A stretch of DNA of 26,996 nucleotides from a virus (Duplodnaviria; Caudoviricetes). The stretch lies in IMG/VR virus record IMGVR_UViG_3300028792_000009, positions 1 through 26,996 of that record. One strand, 5' to 3'. Shown one piece after another: positions 10,184-17,532 of the stretch. The stretch's first letter is position 1, and each line of letters begins with the position of its first letter. The notes under the pieces were generated by a model that ran no database searches, was not told where the DNA came from, and worked only from the letters and a program-made list of their open reading frames with translations. Made by a program: the position numbers and the translations under genes.

Positions 10184-12625
10184 ATGGGTACGTACTACGT
10201 ACGGACCTTCGACGATCAGGTTGTTCCCAGCGATTTCGTCTTCGGCAATGCTCCTAGCCCGACCATCGTTTCTGATGGTCCCGGCACGATCACATTGCAC
10301 ACTCCCGGCAGCACTGTCGCGGCTAACACGACGACGAATAACTCTGTCGGCTACTCGATCTACACCAAGTTCAACGGCAACAGTGACTCGTCTTCTATTT
10401 CTCTGACGATTGTCACTGAGGCACCTAACGCGACCTTCTCGTACTGGCGAAACGTGCAGTCCGAAGGTTGCTGCGACTACATGCGCACAAGCGTCGACGG
10501 AACGCAGGTCGAAGCGATCTCGGGCAATACCGGCTGGGTTCAGAAATCTCTGACTATCGCCACCGCTGGCACACACACCATCGTCTGGTCTTTTTCGACT
10601 GACGGTTCTGTGCTCATCGGCTTCTCCGGGTTCCACCTGACGGGCATCGAAATCTCCGATGTCAGCGACCTGACCAATCCCACCAAGCCTGTAGGTGGTG
10701 GCAGCGGGACCACTGTTACCACCTCTGGTGGCAGCGGTACCGGCAACATGGTTGGTTCCGTCTTCTTCGGCGAGACGATGCTGGGCTCTGACCCAGGATC
10801 TGACTCTGGCAGCGGTGGCAGCGGCACCGGCGTCGGCAACATGGTCGGTGGGTTCTTCGTCGGTGAGACGATGCTCGGTGGTGACCAGGCTGCCGGGACC
10901 GGTTCCGCGCCTGTCATCAGCGGTGGTGCTGTCTACTCGATGGGTGGTGCTGTCACTGGACGCACCACAGTTACTGCTACGCCACAACTGGCCGTCAGCC
11001 TTCGTACGTCTGGACTGACGAACCTTCGGACGACCGTCAGTGCTTCGCTCACTCAGTCTTCGCTGCGTGCTGGCTACGTCACCTGCGGTACGACTGTCAC
11101 GGGTCGCCTCAGCACAGCAAGTTACCTTTCGGTTCAGAACGTCACGTGCCGTACCACCGTTACGGCGAACATGCGCAAGGTCATCCCTGCGCTGTCGGCT
11201 ACCGCCATCAACTGCCAGACCATCGTCACAGCGGCGCTTACCAGGAGCACGCTGCGCGGCCAGAACATCTACAGCCCGTTCAACGTTGTCGCCACGCTCA
11301 ACCTGCGTGAGGCCATCAACGTCGAGGGCATCCGTGGATCGACCACACCCATCACCGGACGCTTGGGTCTGGCTCGCGCCTTCACCACCACGTCGAACAT
11401 CGCGTGCGGCACTACCGTCCACGCCGACCTCACCTACTCCTCACGGCTGTCGGGTGGGTCGGTTGTCGACTACACGACGGTCGCAGGAGAACTCACCCGG
11501 TCGTACCTGCGCGGTGCGGTTATCTGCTCCACCACGGTCACGGCTGCTACGCCGACAGTTCGCAGTGCCTACAACGGCACGATCCACTGTGGCACCACGG
11601 TGGCCGTTCCTGAGGGCGGCTTCCGGCGCACCCTGCGTTCGCTGCTTTCGACGGATGTCCAAACTTCTGTCGGCAGCACAACGGTCCATGGTCGGATCTA
11701 TGTCACACCGCTGGACTTCGTGCCGATCTACCTCAACACCTCGACACGGATCGTCGCCAACCTCGGCCTGCAACTGCGTTTCGGTTCGGCTGCGCTGTCG
11801 AACTTCTCGCGTGGTCGGACGACCGTCAGTGGCTTCATCACCGGCCTCCAGACCCTCAACGGCATCATCCACGGCAAGACCACCGTCAGCGGCAAGGCGA
11901 AGGCTGGGTTCGGTGGCGAGGTCACCGCCTACGGCTACGTGATCGGTGCACTCGGCATCCGGTTCCTGCTCACCAACACCCGCGTCTCCAGGATCCAGTG
12001 CAAGACGACCATTGTCGTCGGTGCGCCTCGCAATGGAACCTCTGGTCGAGCCTGGGGCGGTACTCGATTCGCCTACACCTACGGTCTACCTGACTCCGAC
12101 GTGCCGTATGGCTACGACTATTCGTACAGTCCACCGCTGCCTGTGTTCGGTCACTACATCGGAAGTGACCGTGCTTACGACTACGGCGGTGGCCCGTACT
12201 ACGCGCACTATTACGAGCCGCATTTCCCAACGCTCGGCATTTACATTGCCATCAAGCCGAACGTCGCCGCAGGCAGCACTCGTCTGCGGTCACTGGTTGT
12301 TCCGTCACGAGCCTGGGCTCACAACATGAAGGGCAACCCGCCGTTCTACGGTCCGTACGGATCCGTCTCCCTCTACATTTCGCCGAAGGGAGACGTGGGA
12401 CTCGGAGACTTCATCGACGGTTCGACAGTCGTGGCAAGCAACATGCTCGCTCTGCGGCATCGCCTGCTCCAACTGTTCGGAGCGACAGGGCTCCAGGCCC
12501 CAGGGCAGATCATCTTCACAGGTGACGCTGCTCGTGGACTCGGAACGAAACTGGTAACTGGCGGTCCTGCTGTGAAGATCTTGGCCGAACGTGCTCCGGT
12601 CAAGCAGAACGCCTACTACGTGTAA
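10184..12625 (+). CDS. Tail-associated protein (813 aa): N-terminal beta-sandwich plus ~15 degenerate TTV repeats
   Basis: N-terminal SE..CDY....DG.....SG..GW......AGTHTI.W....D.S motif as in bacterial surface-protein domains, a duplicated GNMVG..F.GETMLG, and ~20-23 aa xC/GxTTVxA/GxL repeats. Confidence 0.8.
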   Translation: MGTYYVRTFDDQVVPSDFVFGNAPSPTIVSDGPGTITLHTPGSTVAANTTTNNSVGYSIYTKFNGNSDSSSISLTIVTEAPNATFSYWRNVQSEGCCDYMRTSVDGTQVEAISGNTGWVQKSLTIATAGTHTIVWSFSTDGSVLIGFSGFHLTGIEISDVSDLTNPTKPVGGGSGTTVTTSGGSGTGNMVGSVFFGETMLGSDPGSDSGSGGSGTGVGNMVGGFFVGETMLGGDQAAGTGSAPVISGGAVYSMGGAVTGRTTVTATPQLAVSLRTSGLTNLRTTVSASLTQSSLRAGYVTCGTTVTGRLSTASYLSVQNVTCRTTVTANMRKVIPALSATAINCQTIVTAALTRSTLRGQNIYSPFNVVATLNLREAINVEGIRGSTTPITGRLGLARAFTTTSNIACGTTVHADLTYSSRLSGGSVVDYTTVAGELTRSYLRGAVICSTTVTAATPTVRSAYNGTIHCGTTVAVPEGGFRRTLRSLLSTDVQTSVGSTTVHGRIYVTPLDFVPIYLNTSTRIVANLGLQLRFGSAALSNFSRGRTTVSGFITGLQTLNGIIHGKTTVSGKAKAGFGGEVTAYGYVIGALGIRFLLTNTRVSRIQCKTTIVVGAPRNGTSGRAWGGTRFAYTYGLPDSDVPYGYDYSYSPPLPVFGHYIGSDRAYDYGGGPYYAHYYEPHFPTLGIYIAIKPNVAAGSTRLRSLVVPSRAWAHNMKGNPPFYGPYGSVSLYISPKGDVGLGDFIDGSTVVASNMLALRHRLLQLFGATGLQAPGQIIFTGDAARGLGTKLVTGGPAVKILAERAPVKQNAYYV
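10950..12020 (+). repeat. Degenerate protein-level tandem repeat (xTTVxA/GxL, ~20-23 aa period)
   Basis: Units include GRTTVTA, LRTTVSASL, TCGTTVTGRL, TCRTTVTANM, NCQTIVTAAL, ACGTTVHADL, ICSTTVTAA, HCGTTVAV, GSTTVHGRI, RGRTTVSGFI, HGKTTVSGKA and QCKTTIVVG. Boundaries are approximate. Confidence 0.75.
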
Positions 12626-12634
12626 GGGGAAAAG

Positions 12635-14362
12635 ATGTCGGAGCAGACGCCGGAAACCAACCACTTCGGTCTGACGCGCATTGGTCAGGGAGAGCAACTC
12701 TCCAAAAATGGATACGCGTTCAGTGACCTGGACCGAGTGTCGCTCGACAACATCCTGTACGCAGCCATCACGCACAGCCACGACGGTTCGAACCGACTCG
12801 CTGACCCTGTGGTGCCAGCCACGCTGGCTGCTGCCCCGCTAGGCGGCACGCTGCCTGCTGGCACGACCTTCTACTACCGCGTCAGTCTGGTGGACCGTTA
12901 CGGCCTGGAGACCGCTGCGAGCCCTGAGACCTCGGTGACCACTGCACCCCCACTGAGTGCCCCAACGCCTCCCAGCGCGGTCGTGGAGACGACCAGCGGC
13001 AGCATCTCGCCAGGTACCTGGTCATACATCCTCACGTACATCACCAGCACGGGCGGCGAGACGACCATCTCGTCCCCGAACAACGTGCAGGTCACCACCG
13101 GCAACACGAACCGCATCCGGCTGACCTTGCCGGTCATGCCGACCGGGGCCTCAGGGTTCCGGATCTACCGCTCCCGGCCTGGTCAGAGCCAGTTCTACTA
13201 CCTAGACCAGACCACGAGCACCTCGTACTACGACCCCGGCAACGCCGAGGACCAGACGATCACCAACCCGACCGTCAACACCACGAACAGCACCAACGCC
13301 ATCACAGTGACGATCCCTGGTGGCACCATCCCGGTGGACTGCATGGGCTGGAAGGTCTATCGCGCGCTCGACTCAGGCGGCTACGACGGCAACAGCCTCG
13401 TGCACTTCGTGGTCGAGGGCAGTTCAGACACCAGTACAGATGTGAACACGACCTTCGTGGACACGGGCGCTGCGCTCGTCCAGGGCTTTCCTAAGGATGT
13501 CTCGTCGACGATTCCTGGCGGGACTGTCGTCAACCTCAACCAGTTGACTGGCCAGATCCCACTGAACTCCGCGCCGCGTGGTTCTCGGGTCGTCTCAGCG
13601 TTCGCCCCAGGGCTTACGGCAGATCAGACGGTCGTCACAATCACGAACACCCCGATCCCAGTGCGTCCGCTGCGCCTGACGGCGTACTTCCAGCACGCTC
13701 TGACCGACACCGGTGTCGACATCAAGATCCGGGTGCTCGACTCAGCGGCGACGCCCAACTACATCGAACTGGACTGCCCGACAGCCCCGGCGACGCCGAC
13801 TGGGCCTCCCGGCTACTTCGTCCTGAACTACCCGGACTACCTGGGTCAGGTCTTCGAGGCTGAGGAGGGCACACGCAGCGCCAACGAAATCGTGCCCATC
13901 GTGACCGACGTGGCTGCTTCTAACGGCCAGGCAGTGGCTCTGGATGCCCAGAACGAGTACGTCCAGCAGTCTCTCGGGGTCCTGACGCAGGGCGACTACC
14001 AGTTCTTCGCCACCGTGCGGGTGCCTGCGTACACGTCGAACACGAACGACCTCACCATCCAGGCCGTCAATGGCAGCGACAACAGCGTGATTGCTGCGGT
14101 GTCGATGTCGCCAGGACAGGCTCCATATGGACAGACGGCCAACTACATCGAGTACACCGGGCCGTCCTTCACTGCGCCAGGAAATGTGGAGGTCATCCTG
14201 CGAGTGGTGAAGTCGACTACGGCTGCTCAGGCGTACTACGTCGACACGATGCGCTACGCCGCGACCGTGCCGCTGCTCCAGCCAGGCACGTTGACGTTCG
14301 AGACGTACGTATCGGGCGTTAACACCACAGCCCGTGACTGCAACATCGCTCTTTGGTTCTAG
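12635..14362 (+). CDS. Tail fibre / minor tail protein (575 aa) with FN3-like modules and a CBM6/35-like domain
   Basis: N-terminal T.HFGL.R anchor-like motif, GGTLPAGTTFYYRVS.VD.YG.ET modules, and FEAEEG...D.AASNGQAV typical of CBM6/CBM35-like domains. Confidence 0.8.
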   Translation: MSEQTPETNHFGLTRIGQGEQLSKNGYAFSDLDRVSLDNILYAAITHSHDGSNRLADPVVPATLAAAPLGGTLPAGTTFYYRVSLVDRYGLETAASPETSVTTAPPLSAPTPPSAVVETTSGSISPGTWSYILTYITSTGGETTISSPNNVQVTTGNTNRIRLTLPVMPTGASGFRIYRSRPGQSQFYYLDQTTSTSYYDPGNAEDQTITNPTVNTTNSTNAITVTIPGGTIPVDCMGWKVYRALDSGGYDGNSLVHFVVEGSSDTSTDVNTTFVDTGAALVQGFPKDVSSTIPGGTVVNLNQLTGQIPLNSAPRGSRVVSAFAPGLTADQTVVTITNTPIPVRPLRLTAYFQHALTDTGVDIKIRVLDSAATPNYIELDCPTAPATPTGPPGYFVLNYPDYLGQVFEAEEGTRSANEIVPIVTDVAASNGQAVALDAQNEYVQQSLGVLTQGDYQFFATVRVPAYTSNTNDLTIQAVNGSDNSVIAAVSMSPGQAPYGQTANYIEYTGPSFTAPGNVEVILRVVKSTTAAQAYYVDTMRYAATVPLLQPGTLTFETYVSGVNTTARDCNIALWF

Positions 14363-14376
14363 TACTAGCGACCATC

Positions 14377-14429
14377 TGAACCCGAACATAACCGACTGTC
14401 CTTTAAGGACAAGGAGGGTTCGGTGTTCA
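14377..14429 (+). promoter_or_regulatory. Predicted RNA stem-loop covering the start codon of the first lysis-region gene
   Basis: TGAAC-CCGAAC (14377-14387) pairs with GTTCGG(T)GTTCA (14418-14429), which contains GTG 14423. Inner stem TGTCCT/AGGACA (14397-14411). Confidence 0.5.
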
Positions 14430-14872
14430 TCCACACGCTGATGCTTTGGGCAGCGGATCCTTCACCGATCCCGTCACCCACGGGTAGCGGGGGGTCGGAA
14501 GGAGGTGGCTTTCACTTGGATCTGAACCAGATCTTCACGTTCGCTCAGTTCGGTCTGCTGGGCGTCTTCTTCGTCATGCTCATCTCCAAGAAGTACGTCG
14601 TTCCAAAATGGACGCTCGACTCTTTGGAGCAGACTCATGAACGTGAACTCAAGGACAAGGCTGATGCTCACGCCCGCGAACTAGCGATCCGTGACCAGCA
14701 GTTGGCAGCGTCAGAACAACGCGAGAAGGACCTCAAGAAGAACCTGGACGACCTCCAAGATCTCACCCGGCAGCAGATGCTTCCGGCCATGATCGAAGCC
14801 AACCGTCTTACTGCGCTGTACGTCGACACGTTGGCGCGTCGTGGTGGGTCTGGAGGCGGTGATGGCCGATAA
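14423..14872 (+). CDS. Membrane protein (1 TM plus coiled coil), holin-like or lysis accessory
   Basis: Strong RBS AAGGAGG and GTG start. TM segment IFTFAQFGLLGVFFVMLI followed by YVVPKW and a charged coiled coil, a layout typical of actinophage pre-lysin membrane genes. Confidence 0.75.
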   Translation: MFIHTLMLWAADPSPIPSPTGSGGSEGGGFHLDLNQIFTFAQFGLLGVFFVMLISKKYVVPKWTLDSLEQTHERELKDKADAHARELAIRDQQLAASEQREKDLKKNLDDLQDLTRQQMLPAMIEANRLTALYVDTLARRGGSGGGDGR

Positions 14873-15017
14873 GCAGTATGAGGATCTAAGTGTTGAGAGC
14901 CTTCGACTGATCGTCCAAAGCCAGATGGTTCTGGCTGATCTCCAGCGCAATCAACACCGCCTGGAAGAACTGATTGACGATCTTGAAAACACAGCAGAGG
15001 AGAAAAACAGTGAGTAG
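14862..15017 (+). CDS. Small coiled-coil protein (51 aa), absent from the ORF track
   Basis: RBS GGAGG at 14852-14856, ATG 14862, TAG 15015-15017. Sequence MADKQYEDLSVESLRLIVQSQMVLADLQRNQHRLEELIDDLENTAEEKNSE. It overlaps both neighbours. Confidence 0.7.
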   Translation: MADKQYEDLSVESLRLIVQSQMVLADLQRNQHRLEELIDDLENTAEEKNSE

Positions 15018-15630
15018 TCGAGCAGAACGCGAGGCCGTCACTGCTGTCACGAAGGCCGAAGCCGCCAAGAGCAAGCAAGAAGCAGAGAACATCATTCAGG
15101 CGGCAGTGACCGCTAAGGATGTTGACGAACTGCGTACTGCTGTTGTCACGCTGGCTGGTCGAGTGACCTCCCTGTCTGATGCACTTACCGCCGTCAATGA
15201 AATCCAGCAACGCCAGACCGAGACTGAGCGCAAGACGGCAGCCATCGAAAAGGATGCCGCTAGCGCTAAGCAGGTTGCTATTGAACTGGCTGACACCACG
15301 GTGACCAAGGTTGATGCCGCGAAGGCAGCCCAGGCCCAGTTGGAGAAGGAGAAGCACGCCCGCAAGGAGACGATGACCAAGATCTACCAGTCAGTAGGTG
15401 CGGTCAGCCTGCTGTTCCTGGCGATCATCGTCGGCCTGGTCAACTACCAGCAAGGTAAGCAGAGTTCGCTTTACACGGTGTGCCAGCAGCGCAACATCCA
15501 GAACCAGAAGGTTCTCACGGTGTTGAGCCGTACCGATCCTTCGTACCCGCCACCCACGGAGGTTCAGAAGAAGAACCTTCAAGACCTTCGTGACGCCTTC
15601 GCTGTCACTGATTGTGGGAAGTTGAAATGA
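15010..15630 (+). CDS. Membrane protein: N-terminal coiled coil, 1 TM, short C-terminal domain with two Cys
   Basis: The likely start is GTG 15010 after GAGGAG. TM segment VGAVSLLFLAIIVGLV. C-terminal VCQQRN...TDCGKLK. Confidence 0.75.
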   Translation: MSSRAEREAVTAVTKAEAAKSKQEAENIIQAAVTAKDVDELRTAVVTLAGRVTSLSDALTAVNEIQQRQTETERKTAAIEKDAASAKQVAIELADTTVTKVDAAKAAQAQLEKEKHARKETMTKIYQSVGAVSLLFLAIIVGLVNYQQGKQSSLYTVCQQRNIQNQKVLTVLSRTDPSYPPPTEVQKKNLQDLRDAFAVTDCGKLK

Positions 15631-15995
15631 CGCACCCCGCTGTAGCCCTTTTTGTCGTGTCCAACCTGGTGATCGTGTTGGGCTACATGTTCTTGTCGGT
15701 GTTCGTGGTTCCTCGGGTCACCGTGCATCTGAATCGCACCAAGATCGGCGGGATCATTTTCTTCGCTACCTGCGGCTTGCACCACTTGGAGAACGTTTTC
15801 CACGTGCTCTACCAGCCGTTGGAGTCGAACCGGGAAACGATGACCGCCATTCATATGCTGCTCATTGACGTACCACAGGCTGTGGCTGTCTGGCTGTTCG
15901 TTTCTGGCCTGTACCTGGAGGTCGTTCGGTGGGGTCCGTGGGCCACGCCGCAAGCCATTGACGAAGGCCCCGCTGAGGACCTCGCTCAGTCCTGA
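15627..15995 (+). CDS. 3-TM membrane protein resembling the ethylene-receptor (ETR1-type) ligand-binding domain
   Basis: ATGA overlap at 15627. TM1 SNLVIVLGY, TM2 FFATCGLHHL and TM3 LIDVPQAVAVW align by eye with ETR1 SDFFIAIAY, FIVLCGATHL and TAKVLTAVVS. Confidence 0.6.
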   Translation: MTHPAVALFVVSNLVIVLGYMFLSVFVVPRVTVHLNRTKIGGIIFFATCGLHHLENVFHVLYQPLESNRETMTAIHMLLIDVPQAVAVWLFVSGLYLEVVRWGPWATPQAIDEGPAEDLAQS

Positions 15996-16012
15996 ACGTT
16001 CGCATGTCGAAA

Positions 16013-16043
16013 CTTTCCAGAGCAGCAAGACACCTCTGGAAGG
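16013..16043 (+). promoter_or_regulatory. Hairpin occluding the endolysin Shine-Dalgarno
   Basis: CTTTCCAGAG (16013-16022) pairs with CTCTGGAAGG (16034-16043), 10 bp with one G-U. The ATG is at 16050. Confidence 0.55.
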
Positions 16044-16049
16044 AAGCAC

Positions 16050-16769
16050 ATGGCTACAGCACAGGACCTGGATCGCGTTGTCGAAGGCCAGGTCGGCTAC
16101 GTGGAGAAGGGTGGTCGGGACGGTAAGTCCGGCAACCTGACTAAGTTCGGTGCTGCGTACGGCCTCGACGGCTATGCGTGGTGCAGCATGTTTGTCTGGT
16201 GGTGTTTCAAGCAGGTCGGCATCGACGTGCGCCACGACGTGTCTGGTTCCTACGCATCCGCTGAGGGTGCGATGGAAGGCTTCCAGAAGCACGGTTGGAA
16301 GATCGTCAAGAGCCCGCGCCTCATGGACGTGGTGTTCTTCCACTTCCAGGGTGAGCACGCGGGTGCCAACCACACTGGGTTCGTCGTTTCTGCTGACGCT
16401 GGCGGCGTGCACACCATTGAGGGGAATACTTCTGCCGGTGATGGCGGCTCACAGGTAAACGGTGGCGGTGTCTACCGTCGTTACCGTCCGTACAGCGTGA
16501 TCATCGGCTACGGGCGCTACCCGCTTGCTGGTGGATCTCCTGCCGTTCCTCGTCCTGCGCCGGTTGGTCCTGGCAAGAAGTACCCGACGCTTCACGAGGG
16601 TCTAAGTAACGACAACAACGTGAAGCGCATGCAGACGTTGCTGCACATCGCTGCTGACGGCGACTTCGGTCCTGCCACCAAGAAGGCCGTCATGACATTC
16701 CAGAAGACGCACCACCTTGCGGTGGATGGCGTGGCTGGTCCGGCAACTCTCAAGGTGATGGGATTCTGA
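16050..16769 (+). CDS. Endolysin: CHAP domain plus C-terminal PG_binding_1 domain
   Basis: CHAP catalytic motifs AWCSMFV, HTGFV and TIEGNTS, then a Pro-rich linker, then DGDFGPAT..AV..FQ..H.L.VDGVAGPAT. Confidence 0.92.
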   Translation: MATAQDLDRVVEGQVGYVEKGGRDGKSGNLTKFGAAYGLDGYAWCSMFVWWCFKQVGIDVRHDVSGSYASAEGAMEGFQKHGWKIVKSPRLMDVVFFHFQGEHAGANHTGFVVSADAGGVHTIEGNTSAGDGGSQVNGGGVYRRYRPYSVIIGYGRYPLAGGSPAVPRPAPVGPGKKYPTLHEGLSNDNNVKRMQTLLHIAADGDFGPATKKAVMTFQKTHHLAVDGVAGPATLKVMGF

Positions 16770-17281
16770 TGGCCGTCTCAAAGAACACACAGGCACTGAT
16801 CGACAAGGCTGTTGCCGAGGCTCTTGCTGATGCTGGCAAGGGCCTGGTCGTTGCGTCGAGCAAGCCCAACCAGATCAACAACCTGCGGGCCACCTGGCGT
16901 ACGAGCGCCGAGCACGGTGCGGAGCAGGTCAAGCGCTTCCTGCGTCTGACCGTCGTCTCTGCGGTGCCAGCCATCGTGTCAGCCATCGTGGCTGCGACGA
17001 CCGCGCACACGTCCTTCGACTGGAAGACGCTGCTGGCGTTGATCGTCCCGTTCGCGGAGACGGCCTACCGTCAGGTCTTCCCGGCACTGGGGGCTGCGGC
17101 TGCTGACTCAGCACCCGGAGTGACCATCGTGCCCGACCAGGTTGGTGCACAGACTGTGGATGTCGCTGTGGATCCCGCGACCGTTCAGGTGGCGGTAGGT
17201 GACAGTGGCGCTGGAGGTACAGGTGGTGACGGTGGCACGACTGACATGTCCGGTATGACCGATCCGGGCGGCACTCAGTAG
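16769..17281 (+). CDS. Putative holin
   Basis: TGATG overlap with the lysin. Two hydrophobic segments (LTVVSAVPAIVSAIVAA; WKTLLALIVPFA) and an acidic Gly-rich tail. Confidence 0.65.
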   Translation: MAVSKNTQALIDKAVAEALADAGKGLVVASSKPNQINNLRATWRTSAEHGAEQVKRFLRLTVVSAVPAIVSAIVAATTAHTSFDWKTLLALIVPFAETAYRQVFPALGAAAADSAPGVTIVPDQVGAQTVDVAVDPATVQVAVGDSGAGGTGGDGGTTDMSGMTDPGGTQ

Positions 17282-17289
17282 CACTCACG

Positions 17290-17338
17290 AGCACCGAAGC
17301 CCCGCTCTCTCTGATCAGGAGCGGGGCTTCGTGCTGTT
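17290..17338 (+). terminator. Intrinsic terminator ending the late/lysis operon
   Basis: Perfect 13-bp stem CGAAGCCCCGCTC (17295-17307) / GAGCGGGGCTTCG (17319-17331), extendable with AGCA/TGCT, just after the holin stop. The U-tract is weak. Confidence 0.8.
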
Positions 17339-17365
17339 CACAGCGTGTGGACATCCTGGGGATAA
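17334..17365. promoter_or_regulatory. Cluster of three DnaA-box-like 9-mers
   Basis: CTGTTCACA (17334-17342, +), ATGTCCACA (17346-17354, -) and TTATCCCCA (17357-17365, -), each 1-2 mismatches from TT(G/A)TCCACA. Confidence 0.5.
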
Positions 17366-17387
17366 CGACACTCGTGTGATTCGGTCC

Positions 17388-17418
17388 TTGACAGGCTGCA
17401 CACACACCCCGTAGGACT
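17388..17418 (+). promoter_or_regulatory. Possible sigma70/HrdB-type promoter for the replication module
   Basis: Perfect TTGACA at 17388-17393, an 18-nt spacer, then an imperfect -10 TAGGAC(T). Confidence 0.4.
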
Positions 17419-17532
17419 TGATACCTCAACTCCGGAGCCGAACCTCGACCCGTCTCCGGCTGGCGTTGAGCGAACTGTCAGAGGTGCCTGATTGGCTACC
17501 TCCATGCCTGAAAACGGACGGGAGCGCGTTCT

